From an uncultured Acidimicrobiales bacterium (GTDB taxonomy: Bacteria > Actinomycetota > Acidimicrobiia > Acidimicrobiales > UBA10347), in contig CALSSD010000013.1 of NCBI GenBank assembly GCA_943788915.1, forward strand, positions 1-64,000: a stretch of DNA of 64,000 nucleotides, read 5' to 3'. Of the stretch, positions 51,651-62,514 are shown in pieces. Every line of letters begins with the position of its first letter. Positions within the stretch are counted from its first letter, which is position 1. Below the pieces are notes generated by a model, which worked only from the letters and a program-made list of their open reading frames with translations, did not search any database and was not told the DNA's origin. The position numbers were made by a program, and so were the translations under genes.

Positions 51651-52640
51651 GTGGTCGCTCCCCCGCTTGCAGAAGTTGCCCTGGACTGGTGCCATGCCAA
51701 GTCTGTCACCGCGGCTTCAACCAGCGGAAACAGTGACAAGGCCCGACGCACCGACCTGGCCCGGTGGGGCCGAGCAATCAAGACCTCTCGGGGCGAGATC
51801 ATTGACGAAGAGCTACTGCACTCGCTGGAGCATGACCTTGATGGTCTGACAACCCGCGATCTGTCATCAGAGAGTCTGTTGAGAGCACTCGATCTCCTCA
51901 AGCGCAGCTATAGCCCGTCTACCCTTCAGCGCCAGCTGTCCTCGGTCCGAGGTTTCTGTCGGTGGTTGGCGACGAAGGGCCTCATCGACACCAACCCGTT
52001 CGACGATGAGGTGCTCCAGGTCCGAGGTCGTACCGAACAGGCCGTGCGAGCGTTCACCCCAGACGATGTTGCAGCCATGATCGAAGCAGCCGGAGAGCCA
52101 TCAAAGAGGGCCAGGTCAGCATGGCCTGCGCGAGACGAAGCGCTCATCGATCTGCTGGCGGCAACGGGTACGCGCAACGGCGAATGCGTGGCGCTGCGAA
52201 TCGGCGATATCGGCGGGGCCGATCGTCCGGTGCTACATATTCAGCGAGGCACGAAGTCGGGACGAGTTCGCGAGGTTCCGTTGGCCAAACACACCGTGGA
52301 CCGGCTCGACAAGTACTTGGCCGAGCGGGGCGAACGTGGTCTGGCGGCGACCGGTCGAGAGTCACTCTTTATTCGTAACGATGGCCGAGATTTTACTACT
52401 GACGCCTTGTATCACCTGGTCAAACGTCTGGCCCAGGCAGCAGCTGCGCATTTGCCCGACGACGCGCTGGTACACGGCCTTCGCCACCACTTTGGGCTCC
52501 AGCTCGCCATGCGTGGAGTACCACCGGCGACCCTTCAACAGCTCATGGGTCATCAAGACCCTCGGACCACATCGATCTATACTCGCCACGCGAGTTTCGA
52601 TCTCATCAATGCGCTCGACGATGCTGGATGGCTCTCGTGA
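51651..52640 (+). CDS. Tyrosine recombinase (XerC/XerD-like)
   Basis: SAM-like N-domain (STLQRQLSSVRGF), catalytic R (GTRNGE), K (TKSG), HGLRH, MGH, Y (TSIYT). Confidence 0.92.
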   Translation: MVAPPLAEVALDWCHAKSVTAASTSGNSDKARRTDLARWGRAIKTSRGEIIDEELLHSLEHDLDGLTTRDLSSESLLRALDLLKRSYSPSTLQRQLSSVRGFCRWLATKGLIDTNPFDDEVLQVRGRTEQAVRAFTPDDVAAMIEAAGEPSKRARSAWPARDEALIDLLAATGTRNGECVALRIGDIGGADRPVLHIQRGTKSGRVREVPLAKHTVDRLDKYLAERGERGLAATGRESLFIRNDGRDFTTDALYHLVKRLAQAAAAHLPDDALVHGLRHHFGLQLAMRGVPPATLQQLMGHQDPRTTSIYTRHASFDLINALDDAGWLS

Positions 52641-53273
52641 CGGACCAAGGCGATCACGTTGTCCTCAAGTGTTCGGGCAGTGGCTGCGGCATGCGATACC
52701 CGTCGCCTGCCGACGACCCTCGCCGCGATGCGTGTCCCCTGTGCGAGTCGCCGGTGCATGAACTCGGTGCGTTCTCGGTGCCACCACTTCTTGTGGCTCC
52801 ACACGTATCCGACGGGTCCCAGATCGTTGGGGTACTCGACAACATTCGCAGTGCTCAGAACGTTGGCACCATGTTCCGATCAGCCGACGGAGCGAGCCTG
52901 GACCACCTGTACCTGGGTGGTCTCACCGCTGGAGCCGGACAACCCCAAGGTCATCAAGACCTCGTTAGGGGCCGAAGCCACCGTGCCTGCGACGTCATGC
53001 AAGGACATCACAGAATGTCTGACAGCACTTCGGACCGATGGTTTTGAGGTATGGGCCGTTGATTACACCGCACGATCAGTTCCGCTGCAGGACATAGAAC
53101 ACCGACCAGAACGATTGGCGTTTGTTGTCGGCAATGAGCGGGCAGGAGTCGACCCGCTCGTGCTCGAACAGGCCAACAAACATGTCCATCTCGATATGTA
53201 TGGCACCAAGACCACACTCAACGTTGGCGTGACGTTTGGTGTGGTCGCGTATTGGTTGCGGACCTTGGGGTAG
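52637..53273 (+). CDS. TrmH/SpoU RNA methyltransferase with N-terminal Zn ribbon, frameshifted (+1 near 52931)
   Basis: CSGSGC...CPLC, LDNIRSAQNVGTMFRSAD, then KTSLGAE, VGNERAG, TLNVGV in the next frame. Confidence 0.88.
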
Positions 53274-53277
53274 CCAC

Positions 53278-54008
53278 CTAGATTTCGCCGTCGTCCTTGA
53301 GCTCGCCTCGCAGTTCATCGAGCAGTTCGTTGGCTGCGGCCCGGGCCAGCTCGTACTTCAGCTGCGCTGGTGTCTTCCCAAACGCGGGGTTCGAAGGGTC
53401 CAGCTGCTGAGGGACCGCTTCGGTTGTTTCGACCGCTGACTCTGCAGCAGCCGCCGGGGTCGAAGTCGGAGGTGCAGTCAGTTCCTGGCCAAGATCATCG
53501 GCTGCCGGCGTGTCTGAGCTTTCCGAGCTGTCGGGTGTGTCTGGCACGTCTGGGGCGGCTGCGGCATCTGGAAACGACGAGGCTGGAGGCGGAGGTGGTT
53601 CCTGGCCAAGATGATCGGTGGTCGGGACTTCGATCACCGGCACATCATGCGCTAGTGCGCTGGCATCGACAACCTGGTCGACGTCGCTGCCGGATCGCAC
53701 TCGACCGTCAGGCAAAACGATGTGGGAGATGTTCGGCAACGACGGATCGTTTGGGAGCTCCCCCACTTCGGATACTGCATCGGCGAGCGCACGACGGTCA
53801 GCTGCCTTGTCGGCGATCTGGTCGAACCTCTCGTCGTTTGCCGACGCTTGTTGTTGCAGCGCTGCGATCTTTTCGGCTGGCGTCATCTCGAGCTGATGCT
53901 CGCGTTTCGACAGTTCGTGATCAAACTTGTCCTTGACGTCCTCGGCGGCGTCACCAAGTCCTTGGCCTCACGACGGAAGAACGAGCCAACCTTGTTGAAA
54001 AGACCCAT
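53278..54008 (-). CDS. Hypothetical protein with Pro/Asp-rich linker, frameshifted (-1 near 53954)
   Basis: MGLFNKVGSFFRREAKDL + GDAAEDVKDKFD...EMTPAEKIAALQ; one added G joins the frames. Confidence 0.7.
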
Positions 54009-54077
54009 GCCTTTACAGTAGCCATTTCAGTGACAGGCCCACGTCTTTGTGTGTGGCCGTGAGCGCCTATGTCTCTG

Positions 54078-54749
54078 TTAACCGGCAACGGCTCGTTTGA
54101 GAACGTCATTTAGCGCTCGCCCGGCATGCCAACGTTCCACGATGAAACGGTCCAGATCCGGATCGAGGAGCAGCTTCATATCAGGCCATTCGGCCCAGAA
54201 GATCCACTGCTTGTTGAACACAAGTGGTTCGTCCGCTGCCAGTACGGCCAGGTCTCGAGGAAGCCGCTTGTTGCGTTCCCCTCGGATCTCTTTGAAATGT
54301 TGGGCGAACGCCGGATCGTTCGTTACTGCGGCGGACTGGGTGGGGTTCGCTGCGAACCACCGCCGAACCCGATCACGGAGTTCGGCCTCGGGCATATAAA
54401 GACCGCCGCCGATGGCGATGCCGTCGAGCCCAAGCCGCACCGTGTAGGCAGGCCACGAAGGATCATGTTTTTCGCGTCGCCCAATCGTGATGCCGAGGTT
54501 CGTCTTGTACGGCGTCTTGTCGTTCGAGAAACGGATGTCTCGGTTGATGCGGTAGATCGCCCGCTTCGGATCCAACTCGTATTCAGGTTCGCCCAGGCTT
54601 ATCGCCTCACACAGGTCTTCGGCCAACGCCAAATACGGCTCCCGCCAATGTTCCTGGTACTCCTTGCGATGTTCGTCGAACCACGTCTTTGAGTTGTTGC
54701 GATGTAAGCCCCGGAGGAAAGTCAGGGACTTCTTGCTGAAGTAGCTCAC
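54078..54749 (-). CDS. DUF2461 family protein
   Basis: FL..L..NNSKTWF, YRINRDIRFSNDKTPYK. Confidence 0.92.
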   Translation of the reverse strand: MSYFSKKSLTFLRGLHRNNSKTWFDEHRKEYQEHWREPYLALAEDLCEAISLGEPEYELDPKRAIYRINRDIRFSNDKTPYKTNLGITIGRREKHDPSWPAYTVRLGLDGIAIGGGLYMPEAELRDRVRRWFAANPTQSAAVTNDPAFAQHFKEIRGERNKRLPRDLAVLAADEPLVFNKQWIFWAEWPDMKLLLDPDLDRFIVERWHAGRALNDVLKRAVAG

Positions 54750-55612
54750 GACGAGCGGAGCTTGTCCATGAACAGCGGGATTGTCTCGTTCACCGCATCG
54801 GGCTGTTTCGCGAACAGGAACGCCGGAATGACGAGCCGATGAACACCCCAGCTGGCGGCTTCCTCGACCGCTGCGATTGGGTCGTCGCCGAACATACCTG
54901 GGTGTGTTGCGGTGATTTCGATGGCGGTGACATCTCGGCCCGCACCGGCTGCTGTCTGATGGACGACATCGATGAGTTCAGGCAGGTTGCCCTTGCCTGG
55001 AAAGAAGCCGTCACCCAATTCGCCTGCCCTTCGAGCTGCCCGAGTCGAATGGCCACCGATGTGGAGTGGCACGGTGCCGTTGTGCGGCTTTGGGTTCATG
55101 CTGATGCCGTCAAAGTTGACGAAGTCACCCGCGAACGTAGCGTCGTCGTTCGTCCATAAGGCCCGAAGAGCACCCATGTATTCGTCGGTGCGTGCGCCCC
55201 GACGCTCAAACGGAACACCAAGTGCATCGAACTCCTCTTCGAGCCAACCAACACCGACGCCGAGCATGATCCGGCCCTTGGTTAGGCGGTCGAGAGTCGC
55301 TACTTCCTTGGCCAAGACCGCTGGATTGCGTTGCGGCAAAATGACGATGCCGGTTGCCAACTTGAGTGTCGTTGTGGCTGCGCCAACCCACGTCAACCAA
55401 ATCAGGGGATCAGGAATCGGGGTCTGGTGGCCACCTGGCATTTTGCCGTTTGCTGAATATGGGTACGAACTCTCGTATTCTTTTGGCACGATGACATGCT
55501 CGACGGTCCACAACGAGTCGAGCCCAGCCGCCTCGGCCGCTTGACCGAGGCTGGCCGCAGCGTCAGGTTCGATGAATGGGCCGGTGTTTGCGAACGCAAG
55601 TCCAAATTCCAT
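54746..55612 (-). CDS. LLM-class F420-dependent oxidoreductase (Rv2161c/TIGR03619-like)
   Basis: SLWTVEHV, PDPLIWL, PQRNPAVLAKEVATLD, GVGVGWLEEEF. Confidence 0.92.
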   Translation of the reverse strand: MEFGLAFANTGPFIEPDAAASLGQAAEAAGLDSLWTVEHVIVPKEYESSYPYSANGKMPGGHQTPIPDPLIWLTWVGAATTTLKLATGIVILPQRNPAVLAKEVATLDRLTKGRIMLGVGVGWLEEEFDALGVPFERRGARTDEYMGALRALWTNDDATFAGDFVNFDGISMNPKPHNGTVPLHIGGHSTRAARRAGELGDGFFPGKGNLPELIDVVHQTAAGAGRDVTAIEITATHPGMFGDDPIAAVEEAASWGVHRLVIPAFLFAKQPDAVNETIPLFMDKLRSS

Positions 55613-55644
55613 ACCTGCAGTCTGACAGCCCGGCGATGCGGCTC

Positions 55645-56166
55645 CTAGCTGTCGCTGTCGTCCATATCGTTCATGGCGTCATCGCCACTGTGATCCATGC
55701 TTGGCATTGAGTCGCTGGCCGCAGCTGCAGCAGATGCCACCGCGTCATAGGTCAGCACCACGTCAATGCTGTCGTCGCCAAAGTCGAACGTGAACGCACG
55801 ATCTTCGATGCCAATCGGATCGAAGATCATCAGGTGTTTGCCACCTGGCTCAAGCGTGATGGTTTGTCCTGAAGCAATGACAAATCCTTCGGGGCGAGAC
55901 TCCATAGCCATCGTGCCGTCGTCACCCATCACTGTCTCGTGCATCTCCACCCGACCAACATCTTCAGCCGAAACACCTCGGAGGGTGACGTCGGTGTCGG
56001 TCGTATTCGAGATCGACATGTAGCCAGCGCCAAGATCAGCTCGAGCTAGGCGATACCGAGCATCCTGAATCTCGATCCCTCCGGAATCGTCGCTGCCGCC
56101 ACAGGCGATGGCGAGCAACATCAGGGCGGTGAACAGCAGCGCAATACGTGCAACAGAATTCTTCAT
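55645..56166 (-). CDS. Copper chaperone PCu(A)C lipoprotein
   Basis: Lipobox LAIAC; EMHET...MAM...LEPGGKHLMI. Confidence 0.88.
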   Translation of the reverse strand: MKNSVARIALLFTALMLLAIACGGSDDSGGIEIQDARYRLARADLGAGYMSISNTTDTDVTLRGVSAEDVGRVEMHETVMGDDGTMAMESRPEGFVIASGQTITLEPGGKHLMIFDPIGIEDRAFTFDFGDDSIDVVLTYDAVASAAAAASDSMPSMDHSGDDAMNDMDDSDS

Positions 56167-56260
56167 GCTCACATGGTCGACCTGGTTACCCGACCTGGTT
56201 CCCGAAATCTTTTGGTTTGGGCGAGACGGTTGTCACAGGCCTACGAGTGCTTCGTCGGGT

Positions 56261-57184
56261 TCACGAAGCCGGATCGATGGCCGCCTGCACGATCAGTTCG
56301 ACGACAACACTGCTGGCGGCGTCGACCAACACGTCGGTGTCGGGTGCAACTGCGTTGGCTCGTTGATCACACACCGTCATTCCCCGGGTGTGTACGCCTG
56401 CGGTCTCGATGTTGACCGACATTGCCTCTCGGCCGAACAGCTCAGGTCGGACGACCTCAAGAACCGCACACGGGTCATGCATGGCTGACTGTTTGACGCC
56501 GTAGTGGGCCATGCTGAAGTCGCTGTAGTAGTCCAGAGCCCCAGCACCAGCCGCCGCAGTTGGCGTGGAAGATGCCGACATGGTGTCAATCTCGGGTTGA
56601 CCCATCGTGACCTGCCGGGTCAGGTTGAGACCGGCCATGGTGAGCGAGATGCCGCTGTCGAAGACGACGGCAGCCGCTTCGGGATCGGCCCAAATATTGA
56701 ACTCAGCATGTGATGTCACATTGCCAGCGGACGTCGAACCACCCATGATCACCAACCGAGGAATACGCCGGATCCAGGTGGGATCACGCTCGATGGCATG
56801 AGCAATATTGGTCAGCGGTCCTATGGCTACGACGGTGACGTCGCCGGTTGCGGTTAGATCGAACAGCGCGTCTGTTGCATCGTCGCTCGCAATGTTGGCC
56901 GTGGCTGCCGGAAGGCTCACACCGCCCAGGCCCGTCTCGCCATGCACATGACGGGCATCTTCTGCTGTTGTGCCGTTGAATGGGCCGGCAGCACCTCGAT
57001 GGACAGGAACATCGGACCCCGCAAGTTCGAGGATCGCAAGCGCATTCTCGGTTGTGTAATCGAGACCGACGTTGCCAGCTACCGAGGTCACCGCGACCAG
57101 ATCGCAATACCGCAACGCACAAAACAACGCAAACATGTCGTCGACGCCAGGATCACAGTCGAGCACGATCTTGGGGCGAGTCAT
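56261..57184 (-). CDS. Inosine-uridine nucleoside hydrolase
   Basis: DCDPGVDD, VHGETGLG, GPLTN, AEFNIWADPEAA, MHDP. Confidence 0.95.
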   Translation of the reverse strand: MTRPKIVLDCDPGVDDMFALFCALRYCDLVAVTSVAGNVGLDYTTENALAILELAGSDVPVHRGAAGPFNGTTAEDARHVHGETGLGGVSLPAATANIASDDATDALFDLTATGDVTVVAIGPLTNIAHAIERDPTWIRRIPRLVIMGGSTSAGNVTSHAEFNIWADPEAAAVVFDSGISLTMAGLNLTRQVTMGQPEIDTMSASSTPTAAAGAGALDYYSDFSMAHYGVKQSAMHDPCAVLEVVRPELFGREAMSVNIETAGVHTRGMTVCDQRANAVAPDTDVLVDAASSVVVELIVQAAIDPAS

Positions 57185-58098
57185 GGGAGTTGGAGCAAGT
57201 CGGCAACCTCACCGGCCGTCGGAAGAGAACTCTGTGCACCAAACCGCAGGGTGGTAGCCGCTCCAACCATGACTCCCCAAGCCATGGCATCGGTCAACGA
57301 GCCGCCTTCGGCCAGGACGTCGGCCAACGCACCACAGAACGAGTCACCTGCGGCTGTTGTGTCGACTGCCGCTACTACGGGAGCCGGCTGGTGATACATC
57401 TCGGTCTCATCAACCAGAAGAGCTCCTTGCGCGCCGAGGGTGACCACCGTACGAGCCGCTGGCAGTATGCGAGCCTGGTCGACGATCTCGTCAAAGGTTG
57501 TGGCGATGGCGCTCCCGGTTAACAGGGCAAGTTCCGTCTCGTTCGGCACCAGCACATCAACTGACTCCAGTAGACGTGAAGTTAATGCTTGCGCTGGAGC
57601 TGGATTCAGCACGACCAGTCCTCCAGCGGACTCAGCCGCTTCGGTCACAGCCTCGATTGGGATCTCGAGCTGCAGGAGCGTGACTTTCGCCATCTGGAGC
57701 AGCGCACCGGCTGCATCAATGTGATCTGCGTCGACGTGGCTGTTGGCACCAGGGCTGACCACGATGGAGTTGTCACCATCCGGTCCAACGGCAATCAGCG
57801 CGATCCCTGAAGGTGTGTGTGGAACGACTCGCAGTAGCGACACATCGATGCCGTCAGCGATCAGGGCAGTGCGTAATTCTTGCCCCGCCGGATCGTCGCC
57901 CACACAGCCGACGAAGGCCACAGAACGACCCAGGCGGGCCGCCGCTACTGCCTGGTTTGCACCCTTGCCTCCACAGATCCGGGCGTGACCGCCCCCCATC
58001 ACTGTTTCGCCGGCCACCGGATGATGAGGCACAGGAACCACGTAGTCGAGGTTGGCGCTGCCGACAACACAGACGTCGACGTCTCTTTTGATAACCAC
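57181..58098 (-). CDS. rbsK: Ribokinase
   Basis: VVGSANLD, GGKGANQAVAAARLG, LNPAPA, PNETE, DTTAAGDSF. Confidence 0.93.
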   Translation of the reverse strand: MVIKRDVDVCVVGSANLDYVVPVPHHPVAGETVMGGGHARICGGKGANQAVAAARLGRSVAFVGCVGDDPAGQELRTALIADGIDVSLLRVVPHTPSGIALIAVGPDGDNSIVVSPGANSHVDADHIDAAGALLQMAKVTLLQLEIPIEAVTEAAESAGGLVVLNPAPAQALTSRLLESVDVLVPNETELALLTGSAIATTFDEIVDQARILPAARTVVTLGAQGALLVDETEMYHQPAPVVAAVDTTAAGDSFCGALADVLAEGGSLTDAMAWGVMVGAATTLRFGAQSSLPTAGEVADLLQLP

Positions 58099-58202
58099 CC
58101 GTCGACCTTACAACTGCCGAACGAGACAGACGTCACCGTCGACACGCACGAACGCTGCTGTTGGACCGCACAATGCCATGCATTTCAGGGCACGATGGAC
58201 GG

Positions 58203-59423
58203 GTGCAGCATGCAGATCTTCTCGTGATCGGAGCCGGCCCGGCCGGCGCCGCGGCCGCTATGCAAGCGGCACGCGGCGGGGCCAAGGTCGTGGTCTTCGA
58301 CAAAGCGGCGTATGGACGAGACAAGGTATGTGGCGACGGCCTGACCCCACGTGCCATCGCAGCGCTCAATGCGCTCAACATCGACTACAGCGACGCCCAC
58401 CGCATCGAAGGCCTGCGGATGATCGCCAACAGTACCGAACGCGAACTCGATTGGCCGTCGGGCACCCGGTTCCCCGACCACGGAGCGGTGTGGCCCCGCC
58501 GCCGGCTCGACGCTGCGCTCATCGATGGTGCCGCCGAGGCTGGCGCCGACATTCGTTGGCAAACCGAAGCGCTGCCGGTGCTCGAGAACGGCAGCGTGAT
58601 CGGGGTCGACGCAGGTGGCGAACAATGGCGAGCGCCACTCACCGTTCTGGCGACCGGAGCACCCGGGGCTGCCGCCCGCATGGTTGGCGCCGAGCGCAAC
58701 CGCGACGAACCGTACGGCATCGCCATCCGGACCTACGCCGAGTCGCCTCGCCACGCCGATGACATGCTCGAGGCCTGCCTCACACTGACCGACGACGAAG
58801 GCACGCCGGTGCCCGGATACGGATGGATGTTCCCCGCTGGTGATGGCACCGTCAACATCGGCGTAGGCGCCCTGAGCACCATGAAGGGGTTTAAGAAGCT
58901 CAACCTGAACAACCTCCTCAAGTCCTACCGAGGGCTGGTGCAGGAACCGTGGACACTCGGCCCTGACCTTGAACGGCCCCGAGCCTGGCGACTGCCCATG
59001 AGTGCACAAGCCCGCCATGGCGTTGGGTGGGTGGCGATCGGCGATGCCGCTGGTCTGGTGAATCCCATGAACGGCGAAGGCATCGACTATGGCCTCGAGA
59101 GCGGCATCATCGCTGCCGACTTGCTTTTGGCTGATCCAGGCAACAGCTCCGGTGCTGTATGACCAGGCAATTGCTGAACGTTTTGATGCGTTCCTGAGTA
59201 CGGGTCGTCGGTTTAGCTTCTCTGATTGGGCACCCGCTGGATTCTGCGCAACGGTTTACGTCTTGCCGTCGGCACCGACACACTTGCGAACATCACGCTT
59301 CAGGTCATGGGCAACCTCGTCGATGGCGATACGCCTGGCGCCGCCGGACGTATCTTCCGACTGACTGACAAGGCGCTTGCGCTTGCTGATCCTGTGTTAC
59401 GACGTTCGCGAGCCACCGCGTAA
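58203..59423 (+). CDS. Geranylgeranyl reductase family (MenJ-like) with three +1 indels (near 59139, 59221, 59237)
   Basis: GAGPAG, RDKVCGDGLTPRA, GYGWMFP, GDAAGLVNPMNGEGIDY; C-terminus reconstructs as ADP-ATAPVLYD...FSF-LIGHP-WILRNG. Confidence 0.88.
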
Positions 59424-59483
59424 ATAGTCCCGCCGGACCTGCCCAGCGCCAAGTAACCTCACGGGACCAACTGGAGGTTGTCA

Positions 59484-61223
59484 GTGCGCTGGTCAAATTT
59501 GTTCGTTCCTACGCTGCGCGATGCGCCTGGAGATGCCGAGGCTCCGAGCCACAAGTTGCTGCTGCGCGGCGGTTTCGCCCGCCAACTGCACTCGGGCCAC
59601 TATTCCATGCTCCCGCTTGGATGGCGTGTGCATCAAAAGATCTCCGAGATCATCCGGTTACACATGGATGCCATGGGTGCGCAGGAATTTCACCTGCCAG
59701 CTATGCATCCCGCTCGGATCTGGAAGCAGTCCGGTCGGTGGGACGTCATGGGCGATGAAATGTTCCGCCTGCAGGACCGCAAGGGATCCGATCTTGCGTT
59801 GGGTATGACCCACGAAGAAGTCTTCGCAACCCACGGCGTCGAGATCAGTTCCTACAAGGACCTGCCCCAGCAGTGGTATCAGATCCAGCTGAAGTTCCGC
59901 GACGAGCCACGCCCAAAAAGTGGTCTGCTCCGAGTGCGCGAGTTCTATATGAAGGACGCCTACAGCTTCGACATCGACGAAGCCGGCCTCGACAAGAGCT
60001 TCGATGCCTACCACGACGCCTATGTGCAAATTTTCAAGCACCTGTCGCTGCCTGCAGTGCCGGTCGAAGCTTCCTCAGGGGCTATGGGCGGTTCCGGCTC
60101 TAACGAGTTCATGGTGCCGAGCGACGCAGGCGAAGACGATGTCGTTATGTGTGCCGACTGTGGCTACGCAGCCAACGTGGAACGGGCCACTTCTGCACTC
60201 GCCGAGGTGTCCGACGACGCTCCCCCAGCTGCGCCTGAGATCTTTGACACGCCCGATGTACGCACCATCAAGGCGCTCGCTGAGTTCGACGGTGGCGCTG
60301 CTGCTGACCGTCAGATCAAGACCATGGTGATGGTCGCCGACGACGAAGTCGTGCTCGCACTCGTGCGGGGCGATCATGGCCTGAATGAGCAGAAACTCAG
60401 CGACGGTCTGCGCAGTGCAACGTTGCGACCTGCGTCAGCTGACGAAGCACAGAAGGCCCTGGGCGCACTTCCTGGCAGCCTGGGCGCCGTGGGCGTCGAT
60501 GGCATCCGCATCGTTGCCGATCTTGCCCTGCAAGGCCGCACCAACATGACGACGGGCGCCAACATCGACGATAAGCACTACCGCGGTGTCGACCTGGCCC
60601 GCGACGTTGCGGTGACCGAGTGGCTCGACCTACGGACGGTCACCGCTGGTGAACCGTGTGTTACCTGTGGCACCGCTCTCGAGATCATTCGTTGTATCGA
60701 AGCTGGCCATATTTTCAAGTTGGGACGCAAGTACGCCGAGGCAATGGGCATGAGCGTGCTCGATGAGAACGGCGACAAACGTGTCCCCATCATGGGCAGT
60801 TATGGCATCGGTGTTGGCAGGGCAATGGCAGCGATCATCGAAACCCACCACGACGACAACGGCGTGATCTGGCCAGTCGCTGTGGCCCCGTTCGAGGTGT
60901 CGGTCATCTTGGTGAGCCTGCGAGACGACGCTGCAGTCGCTGCTGGCGAGGATCTGTACACGCAACTACGCCAGCGCGGTATCGATGTCGTCCTCGACGA
61001 TCGAGACGCCCGGGCAGGCGTCAAGTTTGCCGACACCGAACTCACCGGTATTCCGTGGCGTATTACCGTTGGCCCAAAGGGCGTCGCTGCCGGCATGGTC
61101 GAACTCACATCGCGTGCAACCGGCGAGACCGTCGAGGTTGCACTTGCCGACGTCGTCGACCAAGTAGCAGCAACGATCGAAGCGGCTCGTATCCCCATCG
61201 GGGCGGACCCGATCTACCGTTAG
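59484..61223 (+). CDS. proS: Proline--tRNA ligase (bacterial type with INS editing domain)
   Basis: PTLRDAP, MTHEE, KFRDEPRP..GLLRVREF.MKDAYSF, GHIFKLG, MGSYGIG, GVKFAD. Confidence 0.98.
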   Translation: MRWSNLFVPTLRDAPGDAEAPSHKLLLRGGFARQLHSGHYSMLPLGWRVHQKISEIIRLHMDAMGAQEFHLPAMHPARIWKQSGRWDVMGDEMFRLQDRKGSDLALGMTHEEVFATHGVEISSYKDLPQQWYQIQLKFRDEPRPKSGLLRVREFYMKDAYSFDIDEAGLDKSFDAYHDAYVQIFKHLSLPAVPVEASSGAMGGSGSNEFMVPSDAGEDDVVMCADCGYAANVERATSALAEVSDDAPPAAPEIFDTPDVRTIKALAEFDGGAAADRQIKTMVMVADDEVVLALVRGDHGLNEQKLSDGLRSATLRPASADEAQKALGALPGSLGAVGVDGIRIVADLALQGRTNMTTGANIDDKHYRGVDLARDVAVTEWLDLRTVTAGEPCVTCGTALEIIRCIEAGHIFKLGRKYAEAMGMSVLDENGDKRVPIMGSYGIGVGRAMAAIIETHHDDNGVIWPVAVAPFEVSVILVSLRDDAAVAAGEDLYTQLRQRGIDVVLDDRDARAGVKFADTELTGIPWRITVGPKGVAAGMVELTSRATGETVEVALADVVDQVAATIEAARIPIGADPIYR

Positions 61224-61230
61224 TCGCATC

Positions 61231-62514
61231 ATGTCGTTTCCCGCATTGACGTCACACGAGCAAGCAATGCTCGACGGCGACCACGGTGCGGGCACCGCTA
61301 TGGCCATGCGGCTGGTTGTGCGGCTCGCGCAGGCCATGGACGCATACCGGCTGCTGCCGATTACCGGGGCACACATCGACTCGTGTCTCTATCACGGACA
61401 GTCGGGTGTCGACTTCGTCCAACGGCTGGTCGATGGCGGTGCCCAGGTACTCGTGCCGACAACCCTCAATGTCTCCAGCCTGGATTTGCTCCATCCTGAA
61501 CTGTTCCAAGGCGAGCCCGCAACAGCGACGGCAGCACAGGCGTTGATGGATGGCTACGTAGCCCTCGGTTGTGAGCCAACCTGGACCTGTGCTCCGTATC
61601 AAGCCGAAATACGACCAGCTTTTGGCGAACAGATTGCCTGGGCCGAGTCGAACGCCATCGTGTTCGCTAACAGTGTCCTTGGCGCTCGGACCCATCGTTA
61701 CGGTGACTTCATCGACATCGCAGCGGCGGTGACAGCACGAGTGCCCGATGCCGGACTTCATCACGCCGAGAATCGGACCGCGTCGGTCGTCGTCGACGTG
61801 ACGGGGCTGTCCCCCGTCTTGCGCAAGCTCGACGCCATGTACCCGTGCCTCGGGTTCGTGATCGGTCGACGCTTCCCGGGCGAGATCCCGGCCATCGTGG
61901 GTCTGCCGTCCTCAACGTCGGAAGACGACTTGAAGGCACTTGGGGCAGCTGCTGCATCGTCGGGAAACCTTGCCATGTTCCATGCGGTCGGCATCACACC
62001 CGAGGCACCCACGCTTGCCGCGGCTTGTGGCGGCGTCGATGTCGTCGATCTCGTCGATGTTGCGGTCGTCACGGCTGCGGATATTCGCGACGCTCGTGAT
62101 CAGCTTTCCACCCACTCGGACCAGCCACTCGCCACCGTCAGCCTGGGCACGCCCCACTACTCGCTTGCCGAGATCGAACGGCTGCACCAAGAACTCGGCG
62201 ACAAGACGATTGCCCCGTCGGTCGCGTTCTACGTGTCGACAGCGCGGGCAGTACTGCACGAAGCGATGCTTCGAGGCTGGATAACACCGCTGCGGAACGC
62301 AGGGGTGACCTTCGTCACCGACACCTGCACCTACATAACTCCGATCGTGAAGGACACCACCGGGCTCGCGATGACAGACTCGGCGAAGTGGGCGTATTAC
62401 GCACCGGGCAATATCGGCGTCGACGCCGTATTCGGTGCTCTCACTGAGTGCGTCCAATCTGCAGTTGCTGGTCGAGTCGTTCGTGACGAAGGGCTGTGGG
62501 GCGATGGTGTCTGA
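61231..62514 (+). CDS. Aconitase X catalytic subunit (DUF521)
   Basis: AHIDSC, TWTCAPY, AWAESNA..FANSVLGART, LGTPHYS, DTC, MTDSAKWAYY. Confidence 0.93.
   Translation: MSFPALTSHEQAMLDGDHGAGTAMAMRLVVRLAQAMDAYRLLPITGAHIDSCLYHGQSGVDFVQRLVDGGAQVLVPTTLNVSSLDLLHPELFQGEPATATAAQALMDGYVALGCEPTWTCAPYQAEIRPAFGEQIAWAESNAIVFANSVLGARTHRYGDFIDIAAAVTARVPDAGLHHAENRTASVVVDVTGLSPVLRKLDAMYPCLGFVIGRRFPGEIPAIVGLPSSTSEDDLKALGAAAASSGNLAMFHAVGITPEAPTLAAACGGVDVVDLVDVAVVTAADIRDARDQLSTHSDQPLATVSLGTPHYSLAEIERLHQELGDKTIAPSVAFYVSTARAVLHEAMLRGWITPLRNAGVTFVTDTCTYITPIVKDTTGLAMTDSAKWAYYAPGNIGVDAVFGALTECVQSAVAGRVVRDEGLWGDGV

Noticed and set aside
53480..53620. Internal repeat GTTCCTGGCCAAGAT(C/G)ATCGG
   Set aside because: It is a coding duplication in a low-complexity linker (DHLGQE/DDLGQE), not a separate element.
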